Below are positions 1 through 9,403 of a stretch of DNA of 64,000 bases, in pieces. The notes beneath the pieces were generated by a model. That model had not been told where the DNA came from. It made no database searches and saw nothing but the letters and a program-made list of their open reading frames with translations. The DNA is taken from sequence record DRR723986_1312; one strand, written 5' to 3'. Every line of letters begins with the position of its first letter. The stretch's first letter is position 1. The position numbers and the translations under genes were made by a program.

Positions 1-1266
1 GCTTCGATCATGACGGGACTGCGTCCCTCGACTACGGGTATCTATGGGATGATCAGTGACGAAAAAATCAGATCTGAAAATCCGACGACCTCAGAAGTAA
101 CTTTTCTCCCAGAGTATTTCAAGGAGAACGGATATTATACCATGGGAATTGGAAAGCTGTTTCATGACCATGCCCCAGAAGGACTTTTTGATGAGTCGGG
201 AGGAAGGGAAAAAGGTTTTGGACCTTTGCCTGATGAGCGATATGTGTGGGACGGTTATGGTACTTCAGATCGCAAAAACTATGGACGTACCAGTACCGAT
301 TGGGGAGCTTTTCCCGAGTACGATTCTCTGATGCCGGATCATCAGTCGGTGGACTGGGTGATCGAACGATTAAACAAGGAATATGACAAGCCCTTCTTTA
401 TGGGCTTGGGATTTTTGAGACCACATGTACCGCTCTATGTACCCCAAAAGTGGTTTGATCTGCACCCTTTGAGTGAAATTCAAGTGGCTCCTTACTTGTC
501 TGATGATCTCAATGATATTCCAGAAGTTGGACTTAAGATCAATGATTTGCCCATGATGCCCTCTACCGAGTGGGCGATTGAATCCGGTGAATGGAAGAAA
601 ATAATCCAAGCCTACTTGGCATGTGTCAGTTTTGTAGACTACGAGATCGGACGGGTAATGGATGCTTTAGAAAAAAGCGGGCATGCTGATAATACCGTGA
701 TTGTCCTGTGTTCAGACCATGGATATAGACTGGGGGAGAAAGGGACTTTTGCCAAGCATGGCTTATGGGAATCTGCCACCAAAGCCCCGTTGCTCTTTGT
801 CGCACCAACTCTACCAAAGGGAAAAGTAATCGACTCTCCTGCTGAGATGCTCTCGATCTATCCGACGCTCTTGGAACTATGTGGTCTGCCGTCATATGAT
901 AAGAATGAGGGGAAAAGTCTGGTGTCAACCATGCAAGGAAAAAGTCATGAGAAAAAGGCATTTGCCCTTACAACCTATGGAATGAATAACCATGGAGTCA
1001 AGGCTGATGGTTTTCGGTACATTCAATATGAAGATGGGACTGAAGAATTGTACGACCATACGATTGATCCCTATGAATTTTCTAATCTCGCAGGTAACCC
1101 AACCTATGCAAAGAAAATCAGGAAAATGAAGAAGCTATTGCCAAAGTACAATTCCACCTGGGACCCGAACTCTTCCTATACTTTTCAGCCCTATTTCGTG
1201 GAGCAAAAAGCCCGGACCAGCGGCAAAGATGGCAAGACAGTGAAGGTGATAGGAGCTGATAGGTAG
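1..1266 (+). CDS. Sulfatase (S1 family, iduronate-2-sulfatase/choline-sulfatase-like), 5'-truncated by window edge
   Basis: Frame is open from base 1 (A-S-I-M-T-G-L-R-P), the tail of the [CS]xPxRxSxxTG signature; GKLFH, RPHVP, SDHG and ELYD motifs. True start lies left of the window. Confidence 0.9.
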   Translation, partial: ASIMTGLRPSTTGIYGMISDEKIRSENPTTSEVTFLPEYFKENGYYTMGIGKLFHDHAPEGLFDESGGREKGFGPLPDERYVWDGYGTSDRKNYGRTSTDWGAFPEYDSLMPDHQSVDWVIERLNKEYDKPFFMGLGFLRPHVPLYVPQKWFDLHPLSEIQVAPYLSDDLNDIPEVGLKINDLPMMPSTEWAIESGEWKKIIQAYLACVSFVDYEIGRVMDALEKSGHADNTVIVLCSDHGYRLGEKGTFAKHGLWESATKAPLLFVAPTLPKGKVIDSPAEMLSIYPTLLELCGLPSYDKNEGKSLVSTMQGKSHEKKAFALTTYGMNNHGVKADGFRYIQYEDGTEELYDHTIDPYEFSNLAGNPTYAKKIRKMKKLLPKYNSTWDPNSSYTFQPYFVEQKARTSGKDGKTVKVIGADR

Positions 1267-1581
1267 GGGATTCCTACTCTTGATTATTTTAGTTTAGTTG
1301 GATAGCATTTGAAATACCTAAATTTGCCCACCGCCTATGCCCTAAAGTATAGGATGAAAAAGGATGCAATTCAACTGAGAAATAGCGCAAGGCTAGAGCT
1401 ATGGGTATTAACATGGCATAATAGATAGGGTTTGATGTTAGAAAAGTAAAGGCATATGTCTGGGTTTTTTTTAACTTCAAACTTTAGGTCTTTCCACAGA
1501 AAAAATACCTGGAGTTCTCATGCTGTCCTTGAGGGATTTAGCAAATACATAAGCCATTTAAACCTAATAACTTAACCCAAG

Positions 1582-2427
1582 ATGAAAATCAAATTTTTAC
1601 TTACGATGACCATTGCCCTAGTGCAATTATCATTTCAAACTATTGCTGGAGATAATCCTGGAAAACTTACAGATCGATTTGATATTAAAAAAGACTTGTT
1701 GTTGCTTCAACTTGATTGCAAAACTGATGTAGACGATCTGCATACCCTTGCAGCTTTTATGACTTTGGTTGCGAATAAGGACTACTCCAAGCTCAACTTT
1801 TATCCCATTGCCGGTACCTATGGAATTCAGAAAGGGCTTTATGTTCCACCAAATGATTTGTTTAATCTAGCCTTCGGGAAAAATTGGTCAGACGCTGATG
1901 CGGACTTCAATCAGGCTATCAAAGAAACGATGATTCAGGTAAAAGCTGTTCTTTCTAAGCAAGGAGATATTTGGATAGCTGAGGCAGGCCAGTCCGATTT
2001 TTCGGCTGCACTGGTTAAGGCTGTTCAATCCGAGATGCCGACGATTGATGTTTCTCAGCGTATTCATGTAGTTCAACACAGTGATTGGAATGAGGAATCT
2101 ACTTCCCCGGAGGCCTTGGGATTTGTCAAGAGAACTACTGACTATCACAAAATACCTGATGGAAATGCAGTAGGGAATGGTTCGCCAGGTTTTCAAACTT
2201 CTGAGCAACTTGATGTTGAAGGAATGATTTCAAATAAAAAATTGAGCAAGATTTGGGAGCTTGCAATTGATATTTCTAATGAATACAATGGAAAAGACGG
2301 GAGATATAATAACAAAGCTGTTGCCGCTGGTGGTTTAGATTTCTCTGATCTTTCTGAGGTTTGCTATATTTTAGGCTTGGAGAATATAAAGGATTCAGAG
2401 GATTTTTTTGTAAAGTTCGCTGATTGA
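1582..2427 (+). CDS. Secreted uncharacterised protein, possible nucleoside-hydrolase-like fold
   Basis: 281-aa ORF with signal peptide (MKIKFLLTMTIALVQLSFQTIAG) and an acidic LDCKTDVDDL motif after the first beta strand. Confidence 0.6.
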   Translation: MKIKFLLTMTIALVQLSFQTIAGDNPGKLTDRFDIKKDLLLLQLDCKTDVDDLHTLAAFMTLVANKDYSKLNFYPIAGTYGIQKGLYVPPNDLFNLAFGKNWSDADADFNQAIKETMIQVKAVLSKQGDIWIAEAGQSDFSAALVKAVQSEMPTIDVSQRIHVVQHSDWNEESTSPEALGFVKRTTDYHKIPDGNAVGNGSPGFQTSEQLDVEGMISNKKLSKIWELAIDISNEYNGKDGRYNNKAVAAGGLDFSDLSEVCYILGLENIKDSEDFFVKFAD

Positions 2428-2542
2428 TAAGCCTACTTATACAAAGTAAAAAAGTTGTAGTACAAATCAAGCCCGGGTATTCTGGCTACTTTATTACAAC
2501 AAATGGGATGTATTAACTATTTCGGTTGGAATCCTTTCCCTT

Positions 2543-2584
2543 AAAAAAGATAGGGGTGGCCATTCATATGTTTGGCCACCCTTA
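2543..2584 (-). terminator. Intrinsic terminator after susC-susD-SGBP operon
   Basis: GGGTGGCCA/TGGCCACCC stem followed by a T-run on the minus strand. Confidence 0.7.
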
Positions 2585-2613
2585 TACTGTTGAAACCCAA
2601 TCTCCTTATTTAC

Positions 2614-4188
2614 CTATTGTCTTAATTTTGCTTCTGAAATAGAAATGTTGTCCATGTAAAACTTGATAGTCTGGGCATTTCCTGCGTTGGCACCACGGAT
2701 GTTGATGTTGTAGTTTCCAGTGTTTGCAAACTCCACTAGAGTAGAACTGTACACCCATTTTCCAATTTCAAAATCTACAGAAAATTCAGGGTTTGGACCC
2801 ACACCCCAGTTTGTGTCAGGTGCCCAATAGAACCTCAAATCTGGAGGATTTGCTGCAGGGTCGCTGTTTCCCAGGTCTTCCATATACACCCAAACTCCGA
2901 TTTCATAGGTTTTTCCTTTTTCCACTGGAAAAGTGATCGGTACATTAGCATTGTCGGTGTGGCCTATGATCATGCCGCCATTTGGTTCCATGGTAACATA
3001 GGCGCTCTTTTTGCCATCGTATGATTTGACTGTACTAAGGTTGAATTTATACTTATCCCATGGCGCTCCCCACCATTGGTAAGGCCAATTAGTAGCCATT
3101 GAGTTTTCAAAGCTGTAGTCAAAAGCAGTTTTCTTAAGGATGTTTTCTCCTATGAAAACTACCGGGACAGCTTCAAAATCATCAGATTTCACACCATCTG
3201 CTGTAGCCAATTCTCCTTGAGTATAAGAGACTGTGACTATATCATCATTAAAGATGGACTGGTTGTCCAATGTCAAAATCACAAAGTTTCCTTCATTTGG
3301 ATCCAAAGTGGCTGAAGAAACTGAAGTTGCTATTTGGTTACCATTATTTATAATATTCACGGTGAAATCAGCAGGATTTAGCGTGTTTCCATTCATCTCT
3401 CTGCTAAAGTTTAATGCAATTCCACCTGCTCTTTCTTGAGCACCTTCCAAGGAGACTGGTTCGGTAGATGGAATGATCTTTAGAAAATTTTCTAGCGCAA
3501 AAACAAATTCACCCTGAGGTCTATCTCGTGAAGCGATTAATTCAAAATCAAATTCGCCAACTTTCTTATATCGAACATCAAGCGTTTCCACCAACTCCTC
3601 TGAGTATGGTGGGTCACCTCCGTCTAAATTCCATTGGTATTGTGCAGGCTCACCTTCAGAAGTAACGGTATATCTGATGAAGTTCCCAGCCATCACCTCA
3701 TTGAGTGCGCCATCTTGAAGATTAAGTGCCTCACCTACAGTGCCATCGCTGTTTATGATATTAGCAGTAATAGCCAATTTCACTTCTCCCAGTACTTTCA
3801 CTACAATTGTGGTATCGAGTTCTTTTCCGCGCTGTTCTAATCCCACAAAAGCATTGTCTTTGAAAACCTGATGAAGTTTAACTTCATGTTCGCCGAGCAT
3901 TTTGAAAGTTGTTTTAACCGTAGCTTCAGTCGAGGTAACGTCGTTGTCAGAGCCTTCGATATCGACTACACCTTCTGGAAATGTCCAAGTGCGTGACACT
4001 ACACCTGATGAAACGTCTCCGAACGCGAGTTCGCCATTAATTTGAATGGTGTTTTCAAAATCCATTTCGGAGGTAAAAATAACCTGATTGCTTGCCTCAT
4101 TCAAGTTCATGCCTTCATAAGGATCTTCGCATGATTGTAGCAACACGGCCACCATCATTAGTTTTATGATATAGATATATTTTTTCAT
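2614..4188 (-). CDS. Surface glycan-binding lipoprotein (SusE/F-positioned), PKD/Ig-like modules plus C-terminal CBM-like domain
   Basis: Lipobox LLQSC; PKD-like SRTWTF and YQWNLDGG motifs; aromatic-rich C-terminal domain ending FYMDNISI; directly downstream of susD. Confidence 0.75.
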   Translation of the reverse strand: MKKYIYIIKLMMVAVLLQSCEDPYEGMNLNEASNQVIFTSEMDFENTIQINGELAFGDVSSGVVSRTWTFPEGVVDIEGSDNDVTSTEATVKTTFKMLGEHEVKLHQVFKDNAFVGLEQRGKELDTTIVVKVLGEVKLAITANIINSDGTVGEALNLQDGALNEVMAGNFIRYTVTSEGEPAQYQWNLDGGDPPYSEELVETLDVRYKKVGEFDFELIASRDRPQGEFVFALENFLKIIPSTEPVSLEGAQERAGGIALNFSREMNGNTLNPADFTVNIINNGNQIATSVSSATLDPNEGNFVILTLDNQSIFNDDIVTVSYTQGELATADGVKSDDFEAVPVVFIGENILKKTAFDYSFENSMATNWPYQWWGAPWDKYKFNLSTVKSYDGKKSAYVTMEPNGGMIIGHTDNANVPITFPVEKGKTYEIGVWVYMEDLGNSDPAANPPDLRFYWAPDTNWGVGPNPEFSVDFEIGKWVYSSTLVEFANTGNYNINIRGANAGNAQTIKFYMDNISISEAKLRQ

Positions 4189-4199
4189 TTGAGTCTGGA

Positions 4200-5918
4200 T
4201 TAATTACCTATTTGATTATTGTTTTGGAGTTCCAAAGCAGGAATAGGGAAGTAATTGTGTACGGTTGGAGAATAATTGGCTGATGAAAGCAAGAAATCAG
4301 GTCTGATCCTTTCTGCGATGAAAAGAGGTTCTTGATCAAAAATGGAAGCTTTGTTTGCCTCTCTCCATACTTCATCCTGGCGAAGGTCATCAAAAACCTC
4401 CTTCACTATTCCCCATCTTACAAGGTCTTTCCAACGATGCCCTTCAAAAGCTAGCTCTAATGGTCTCTCCACCCGGCGAATATGGGTCATGATGTTACCC
4501 GCAGTAGGAGCGACCATTGGTTGAGTCCCATGAACCTGCTTGCTGATATGAAGCTGCGGGAATGTATTGCCGTTTTCAGTCAAGTATTGCCTGATAGTGA
4601 CCACGCCCGATCTAGCTCTCACTAGATCGATGTATTCAATAGCTTCATCCACAGATCCACCTGCATTGAGCAGCGCTTCAGCGTACATGAGATACACATC
4701 GGCTAAGCGGATATGTCTGAAATTTATTCCAGATCTAGCATTGCCATCTTCATTTGGTAGGTGATACCAATTTGTATGTTTTTTGATATAAGCACTTTGT
4801 CCAAAAGCCCATCCGCCACGTGTGCCGATTGGTAATTGGTAATACAATCCTTCACCATTGATAGGAACTACTGAGGCAGACATTCTTACGGATTGGGTGT
4901 TGTCTTTATTGATAGAGTTGTTTGGATCTACCTCGTCATTTACATATAGTTCATGGAGGTAGTAGCTAGGCAAAAGCGTGTTATACGCACCGAAATTCAA
5001 TTGTCCGAGTCCCGTAGCAATAGCTGTAGCTTCTGCCCCTGTTCTACCAGGATCATCATCTACCACTGACCCATTTGCGCCCGGATTGATTTCGCTATTG
5101 TATGCCACTTCGAAAATTGATTCCTCATTGAATTCATTTTCTTCGGAGAAGTTATCTCTGATTTTTGGAGTCAGTGCATACACTTTAGAATCAATTACAC
5201 TTTTGAATTCTGTTGCCGCTTCAGACCATTTTTCTTGGAATAGCAAGGTTTTACCATATAGAGAAGTTGCGGCTCCCCAAGTAACTCTTCCTTTATTTTT
5301 ATCATCCCAGGATTTAGGTAAATGAGTTTTTGCAAACTCTAAATCTGGTAATACCACCGTATTTAGGATTTCTTCCTTTGTGCTTGGAGGCAAATTGAAA
5401 TCTTCATCAGTCACGGGTATTTCCGTTCGGATGACCGCTTTTCCGTAGGTATGTGCTAACTGGAAATAGAAGAATGCTCTAAGAAATTTAGCTTCAGCCT
5501 CAATTGTCTCTTTTTCATTTTCAGCAAAAAGGCTAGGATCAGCTTCTTGTATTTGATTGATCACTTGATTGGCTCGGAAGACTCCGATGTAGAGCTCATT
5601 CCACTTGTCAGTTACTTGATCACTGGCGTCGTTATAGGTAAGGTTTCTGTAGGCGGTAGGTCTATACCAGGATTCGGTGCCACCTATATCTCCGAGGATC
5701 ATCTCATTAATCAAACCTGCTCCGCTGATAGATTGGAACTGTAACGCTCCATAGACAGTAGCAAGCCCAGATTGGAATTGCTTGGATGTTTCCCAAAAGG
5801 TATCGGTAGTTATGGCATTTGGATTTGTTTCTTCCAGAAAATCTACACCACATCCGAAGAGAAGCATTGAAGATAAGGCGATCGATGCAAAGGATCTTTT
5901 ATATATTTTGAGTTTCAT
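4200..5918 (-). CDS. susD: RagB/SusD family glycan-binding lipoprotein
   Basis: Lipobox LLFGC; IRLADVYLMYAEA and ELAFEGHRWKDLVRWG motifs; follows susC. Confidence 0.95.
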   Translation of the reverse strand: MKLKIYKRSFASIALSSMLLFGCGVDFLEETNPNAITTDTFWETSKQFQSGLATVYGALQFQSISGAGLINEMILGDIGGTESWYRPTAYRNLTYNDASDQVTDKWNELYIGVFRANQVINQIQEADPSLFAENEKETIEAEAKFLRAFFYFQLAHTYGKAVIRTEIPVTDEDFNLPPSTKEEILNTVVLPDLEFAKTHLPKSWDDKNKGRVTWGAATSLYGKTLLFQEKWSEAATEFKSVIDSKVYALTPKIRDNFSEENEFNEESIFEVAYNSEINPGANGSVVDDDPGRTGAEATAIATGLGQLNFGAYNTLLPSYYLHELYVNDEVDPNNSINKDNTQSVRMSASVVPINGEGLYYQLPIGTRGGWAFGQSAYIKKHTNWYHLPNEDGNARSGINFRHIRLADVYLMYAEALLNAGGSVDEAIEYIDLVRARSGVVTIRQYLTENGNTFPQLHISKQVHGTQPMVAPTAGNIMTHIRRVERPLELAFEGHRWKDLVRWGIVKEVFDDLRQDEVWREANKASIFDQEPLFIAERIRPDFLLSSANYSPTVHNYFPIPALELQNNNQIGN

Positions 5919-5936
5919 TGGATTGCTTTTTTAAGA

Positions 5937-8900
5937 TTAGAATTGGATCTGAACACCGAAAATGAATCTTCTGGATACCGGGTAATTACCCTGGTCTACA
6001 CCTCTAGTGTTAATACCATTTCCCCCCACTTCAGGATCATAGCCAGTGTATTCGGTGAAAGTGAATGGATTCATAGCGGTACCGTAAATCCTCGCTTTAT
6101 TCACTCCGATCTTGCCAGTAGCAGAAAGTGGAATTGTATATCCTAGCGTAATATTTCTGATTCTGAAGTAAGTGCCATCTTCCAAAAAGAAATCAGATCT
6201 CGCTCTCACGTTGTTGTGGTAACCATCTCCTCGATCTGTAGGGATATCAGTGTCTGAGTTTTGCGGAGTCCACATGTAATATTGATCTAGGTGACGGCCT
6301 TGGGTATAGGCATAGTATTTAGCGCCGTTGTACAATTTTGCGCCATAGGAAAAGTAATTTTGTACAAACAGATCAAAGCCTTTGTAGTCAAAATTTGTAC
6401 TCAAACCTATGTTGAATTTGGCTTGACCAGAACCCGAGTATACACGATCGTTTTCATCAATGCGGTTGTTTCCGGCATCAGGAATCCCATCTCCATTAGT
6501 ATCTTCAGTCATCTGATCTTTGTACATCATATCACCGATCTGAGCGCTTGGGTCAATTTTCTTATAGTCCGCTAGTTGCTCTTGGGTTTTTATTATTCCA
6601 TCATGCTGTACTAAAAAGAATGCTCCTGCTTCATAGCCTACGGCAAAGAAAGTCGTGTAATCCACGTTTGGACCAAGGGAAGAAGATGGCTGTCCATTTC
6701 CATACCCTCGTTCTATTCCTTCCAAATCAGTGATTTCATTTACATTTTTAGTAAATGTAGAGGCGATATTCCATTTGAAACCTGAGGCATATTCTGTTCT
6801 ATAGGATAGTGAAAGTTCAATCCCTTTGTTAGTCATGTTTCCAGCATTCACGATAATAGGGCTGTATGTCCCAGTTGCGCCTGGGTGGAAAGCTCCACCG
6901 GATGGGGGAGTTGCTCTTGGCAAAAGCATGTCCTGCTTGTCGTTTTTGTAAACGTCAGCAGTGAAGTTTAATCTGTTTGAGAACATGGCGAGGTCTATAC
7001 CAAGATTGGAAGAAATACTAGATTCCCACTTTACATTAGGATTAGAATACCTTCTCTGAATAGCACCATTGTATAGTTCTTCATCAAAACCGAAAATGTA
7101 ATTCACACCACTTTCAATCTGGCTGGCATAGGTATATGGAGGAATGCTTTGATTTCCCACTTGAGCATAACTTCCACGGATTTTGAAGTTATCAATGAAT
7201 TCAGTATTTCCATTTCTGAAAAAACCTTCTTCTGAGATATTCCATCCTGCGGACACACCGAAGAAGTCACCATAAACATTGCTTTGACCAAAATTTGAAG
7301 AGCCATCTCTTCTAAAGCTTCCAGAGATCAAGTAGCGCTCGTCGTAATTGTATTGCACTCGACCCATCAAACCGCTCAGTGAATTGGTATAGTCGAAACT
7401 AGTCGGCTTTGTCGCTTGCTGTCCTGCTCCCAAAACTGGGGTTTTATTGCTCAGAAGTCCAATAATTCCTGTTCCTATTTGCTTGGAAGTGAATTTTTCC
7501 CATGATGCAACACCAGTTACATTTAGCTTATGCTTGCCAAATTCTTTTGAATAGGAAAGAATGTTTTCTATTGTATTTCTCTGTGAGAAAGTGAATTCTT
7601 CATTTAGAAGCGCATCTTGTCTAGAAGCTGTAGGATTAAAAGAACCATCTCTATTGGTAACCAAATATTGAGGTCTAAAGAAATTTCTGCTATAGTTATA
7701 TGAGTTGCTACCTAAGTTGATTTTATAGCTAAGGCCCTTTAATATTTCATATTCTAAATTCAGCGCGATGTTGCTTGTGTTGACTTTTCGCTCATCCACA
7801 TTGTCAAGTTCTCTAGACAGGTAGCTGTATAAAATAGCATTGTCTACAGGGATTTGCACATTGTTTTCTCCTACTGTCTGTAATGAATTAAGAGGAGCTA
7901 GCCATGGACGCTGAGCGATGGAATATTCATAAAGTGACCAAGGTTCTTGAGTTCTGTTTTCCTCTGTGTAACCAATACTTGTGAATGCTTTGAATTTGCC
8001 TCTATTAAACTGGGCTGTAAGTCTATTGCTAAGCCTGTCAAATCCAGAGTTGATCAATATACCATCCTGATTGAAGTAGTTAGAATTGAAGTTTACCGAA
8101 AGATGCTCGGTACCACCGGATACGCCAATTCCATAATTCTGAATAAGTGCATTGTTATTTTGCACATCACTTACGAAATCCGTGTCATAGTCCAATGCGT
8201 CTGGGTTGAAAAAGAAGATCAGGGGATCACGTCCTAAGGCTTCCAGTTTTACCTCTTCAGCATACATCTGCTGCTGAGAATTCATCAATGGAGTACCTGA
8301 GGTGATATTTTGTACCCCAGCGTATGCGTTGAGGTCCACTACGATATTACCTTTTTTCCCTCTTTTGGTAGTTATCAATATTACCCCGTTGGATGCTCTG
8401 GTGCCATAGACAGAAGCTGCTGCTCCATCTTTTAGGATATCCAAAGACTCAATTTGATCTGGAGAAATATTTGGATTGCTTTGATATGGGACTCCATCCA
8501 CTACATAGAGTGGTTCCAAAGCGCCCATCAGTGAGCCTACTCCTCTAATTTGGATATTAGCTGCTTGACCTGGACGGCCACTTGCTGCTTGCACATCCAC
8601 ACCAGCCACTTGCCCCTGTATCGCTTCACCCACGTCAGATACAGGCGCTTTAGAAATAGCATCTGCCTTGATTTGCGCTACTGCGCCGGTGATTTCTTTT
8701 TTGGTTTGTGTACCGTAGCCGACCACTACTACTTCATCCAAACTCTGAGTATCCGGAGTCATCTGCACATTGATTTCAGATGCATTCCCTACTGTCCGTT
8801 CTACTGAGTTAAACCCGATGAAAGTATATACTATTACATCCCCTTCTTTTGCAGAGATAGAATAGTTACCATCTACATCAGATATGGTGCCTGTGGTGGT

Positions 8901-9059
8901 GCCTTTTATTATAATAGATGCACCAGGTAGTGCTATTCCAAGATCATCAATGATCTTTCCTTTTACTTGCTGCTGTGCAGATACAAATGGTATCCATAAG
9001 CACAACAAAACAAGCGTTATCGGGAGGGTTTTCCTCCAGCAGTAAAATTGTTGTTTCAT
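5937..9059 (-). CDS. susC: SusC/RagA TonB-dependent outer membrane transporter
   Basis: LDEVVVVGYG and LKDGAAASVYGTRASNGVILITTKRG plug motif; C-terminal YP...F; 1040 aa. Confidence 0.97.
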   Translation of the reverse strand: MKQQFYCWRKTLPITLVLLCLWIPFVSAQQQVKGKIIDDLGIALPGASIIIKGTTTGTISDVDGNYSISAKEGDVIVYTFIGFNSVERTVGNASEINVQMTPDTQSLDEVVVVGYGTQTKKEITGAVAQIKADAISKAPVSDVGEAIQGQVAGVDVQAASGRPGQAANIQIRGVGSLMGALEPLYVVDGVPYQSNPNISPDQIESLDILKDGAAASVYGTRASNGVILITTKRGKKGNIVVDLNAYAGVQNITSGTPLMNSQQQMYAEEVKLEALGRDPLIFFFNPDALDYDTDFVSDVQNNNALIQNYGIGVSGGTEHLSVNFNSNYFNQDGILINSGFDRLSNRLTAQFNRGKFKAFTSIGYTEENRTQEPWSLYEYSIAQRPWLAPLNSLQTVGENNVQIPVDNAILYSYLSRELDNVDERKVNTSNIALNLEYEILKGLSYKINLGSNSYNYSRNFFRPQYLVTNRDGSFNPTASRQDALLNEEFTFSQRNTIENILSYSKEFGKHKLNVTGVASWEKFTSKQIGTGIIGLLSNKTPVLGAGQQATKPTSFDYTNSLSGLMGRVQYNYDERYLISGSFRRDGSSNFGQSNVYGDFFGVSAGWNISEEGFFRNGNTEFIDNFKIRGSYAQVGNQSIPPYTYASQIESGVNYIFGFDEELYNGAIQRRYSNPNVKWESSISSNLGIDLAMFSNRLNFTADVYKNDKQDMLLPRATPPSGGAFHPGATGTYSPIIVNAGNMTNKGIELSLSYRTEYASGFKWNIASTFTKNVNEITDLEGIERGYGNGQPSSSLGPNVDYTTFFAVGYEAGAFFLVQHDGIIKTQEQLADYKKIDPSAQIGDMMYKDQMTEDTNGDGIPDAGNNRIDENDRVYSGSGQAKFNIGLSTNFDYKGFDLFVQNYFSYGAKLYNGAKYYAYTQGRHLDQYYMWTPQNSDTDIPTDRGDGYHNNVRARSDFFLEDGTYFRIRNITLGYTIPLSATGKIGVNKARIYGTAMNPFTFTEYTGYDPEVGGNGINTRGVDQGNYPVSRRFIFGVQIQF

Positions 9060-9313
9060 ACGAGATTTTGAGTTTAGGTTAATATTGTTTTGGTAGAAAA
9101 ATCAAGGATGTCTCTTATGTTGCTAGAGTCATTTCTGATCTTAAAACCTCGGTCAATGTAGAGATCCTGAACAATACAAGCCATTTTTCAAACTCGATTA
9201 AAACTGAACAAATCAATTAAAATATCGATTGCGAAGCCTTTTTTGGCGGTTGATGACTCGACGGAATATTTTTTTATCTCAAATCCAGCTTAAATGCTTG
9301 GATTCTTTATAGA

Positions 9314-9347
9314 CAAAAAAAACACTGTCCCAGTTGAGCCAGTGTTT
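9314..9347 (-). terminator. Intrinsic terminator after the LuxR-type regulator
   Basis: Minus strand AAACACTG-loop-CAGTGTTT followed by further Ts. Confidence 0.55.
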
Positions 9348-9403
9348 AGATTTAGAAGGGTAGAATATGTTTGTTTCAATATATGTTTAAAAAGAAATAG
9401 CCA

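Noticed and set aside
1289-1480. 63-aa intergenic ORF
   Set aside because: TTG start, no motifs, and lies in the likely promoter region of the 1582 gene.
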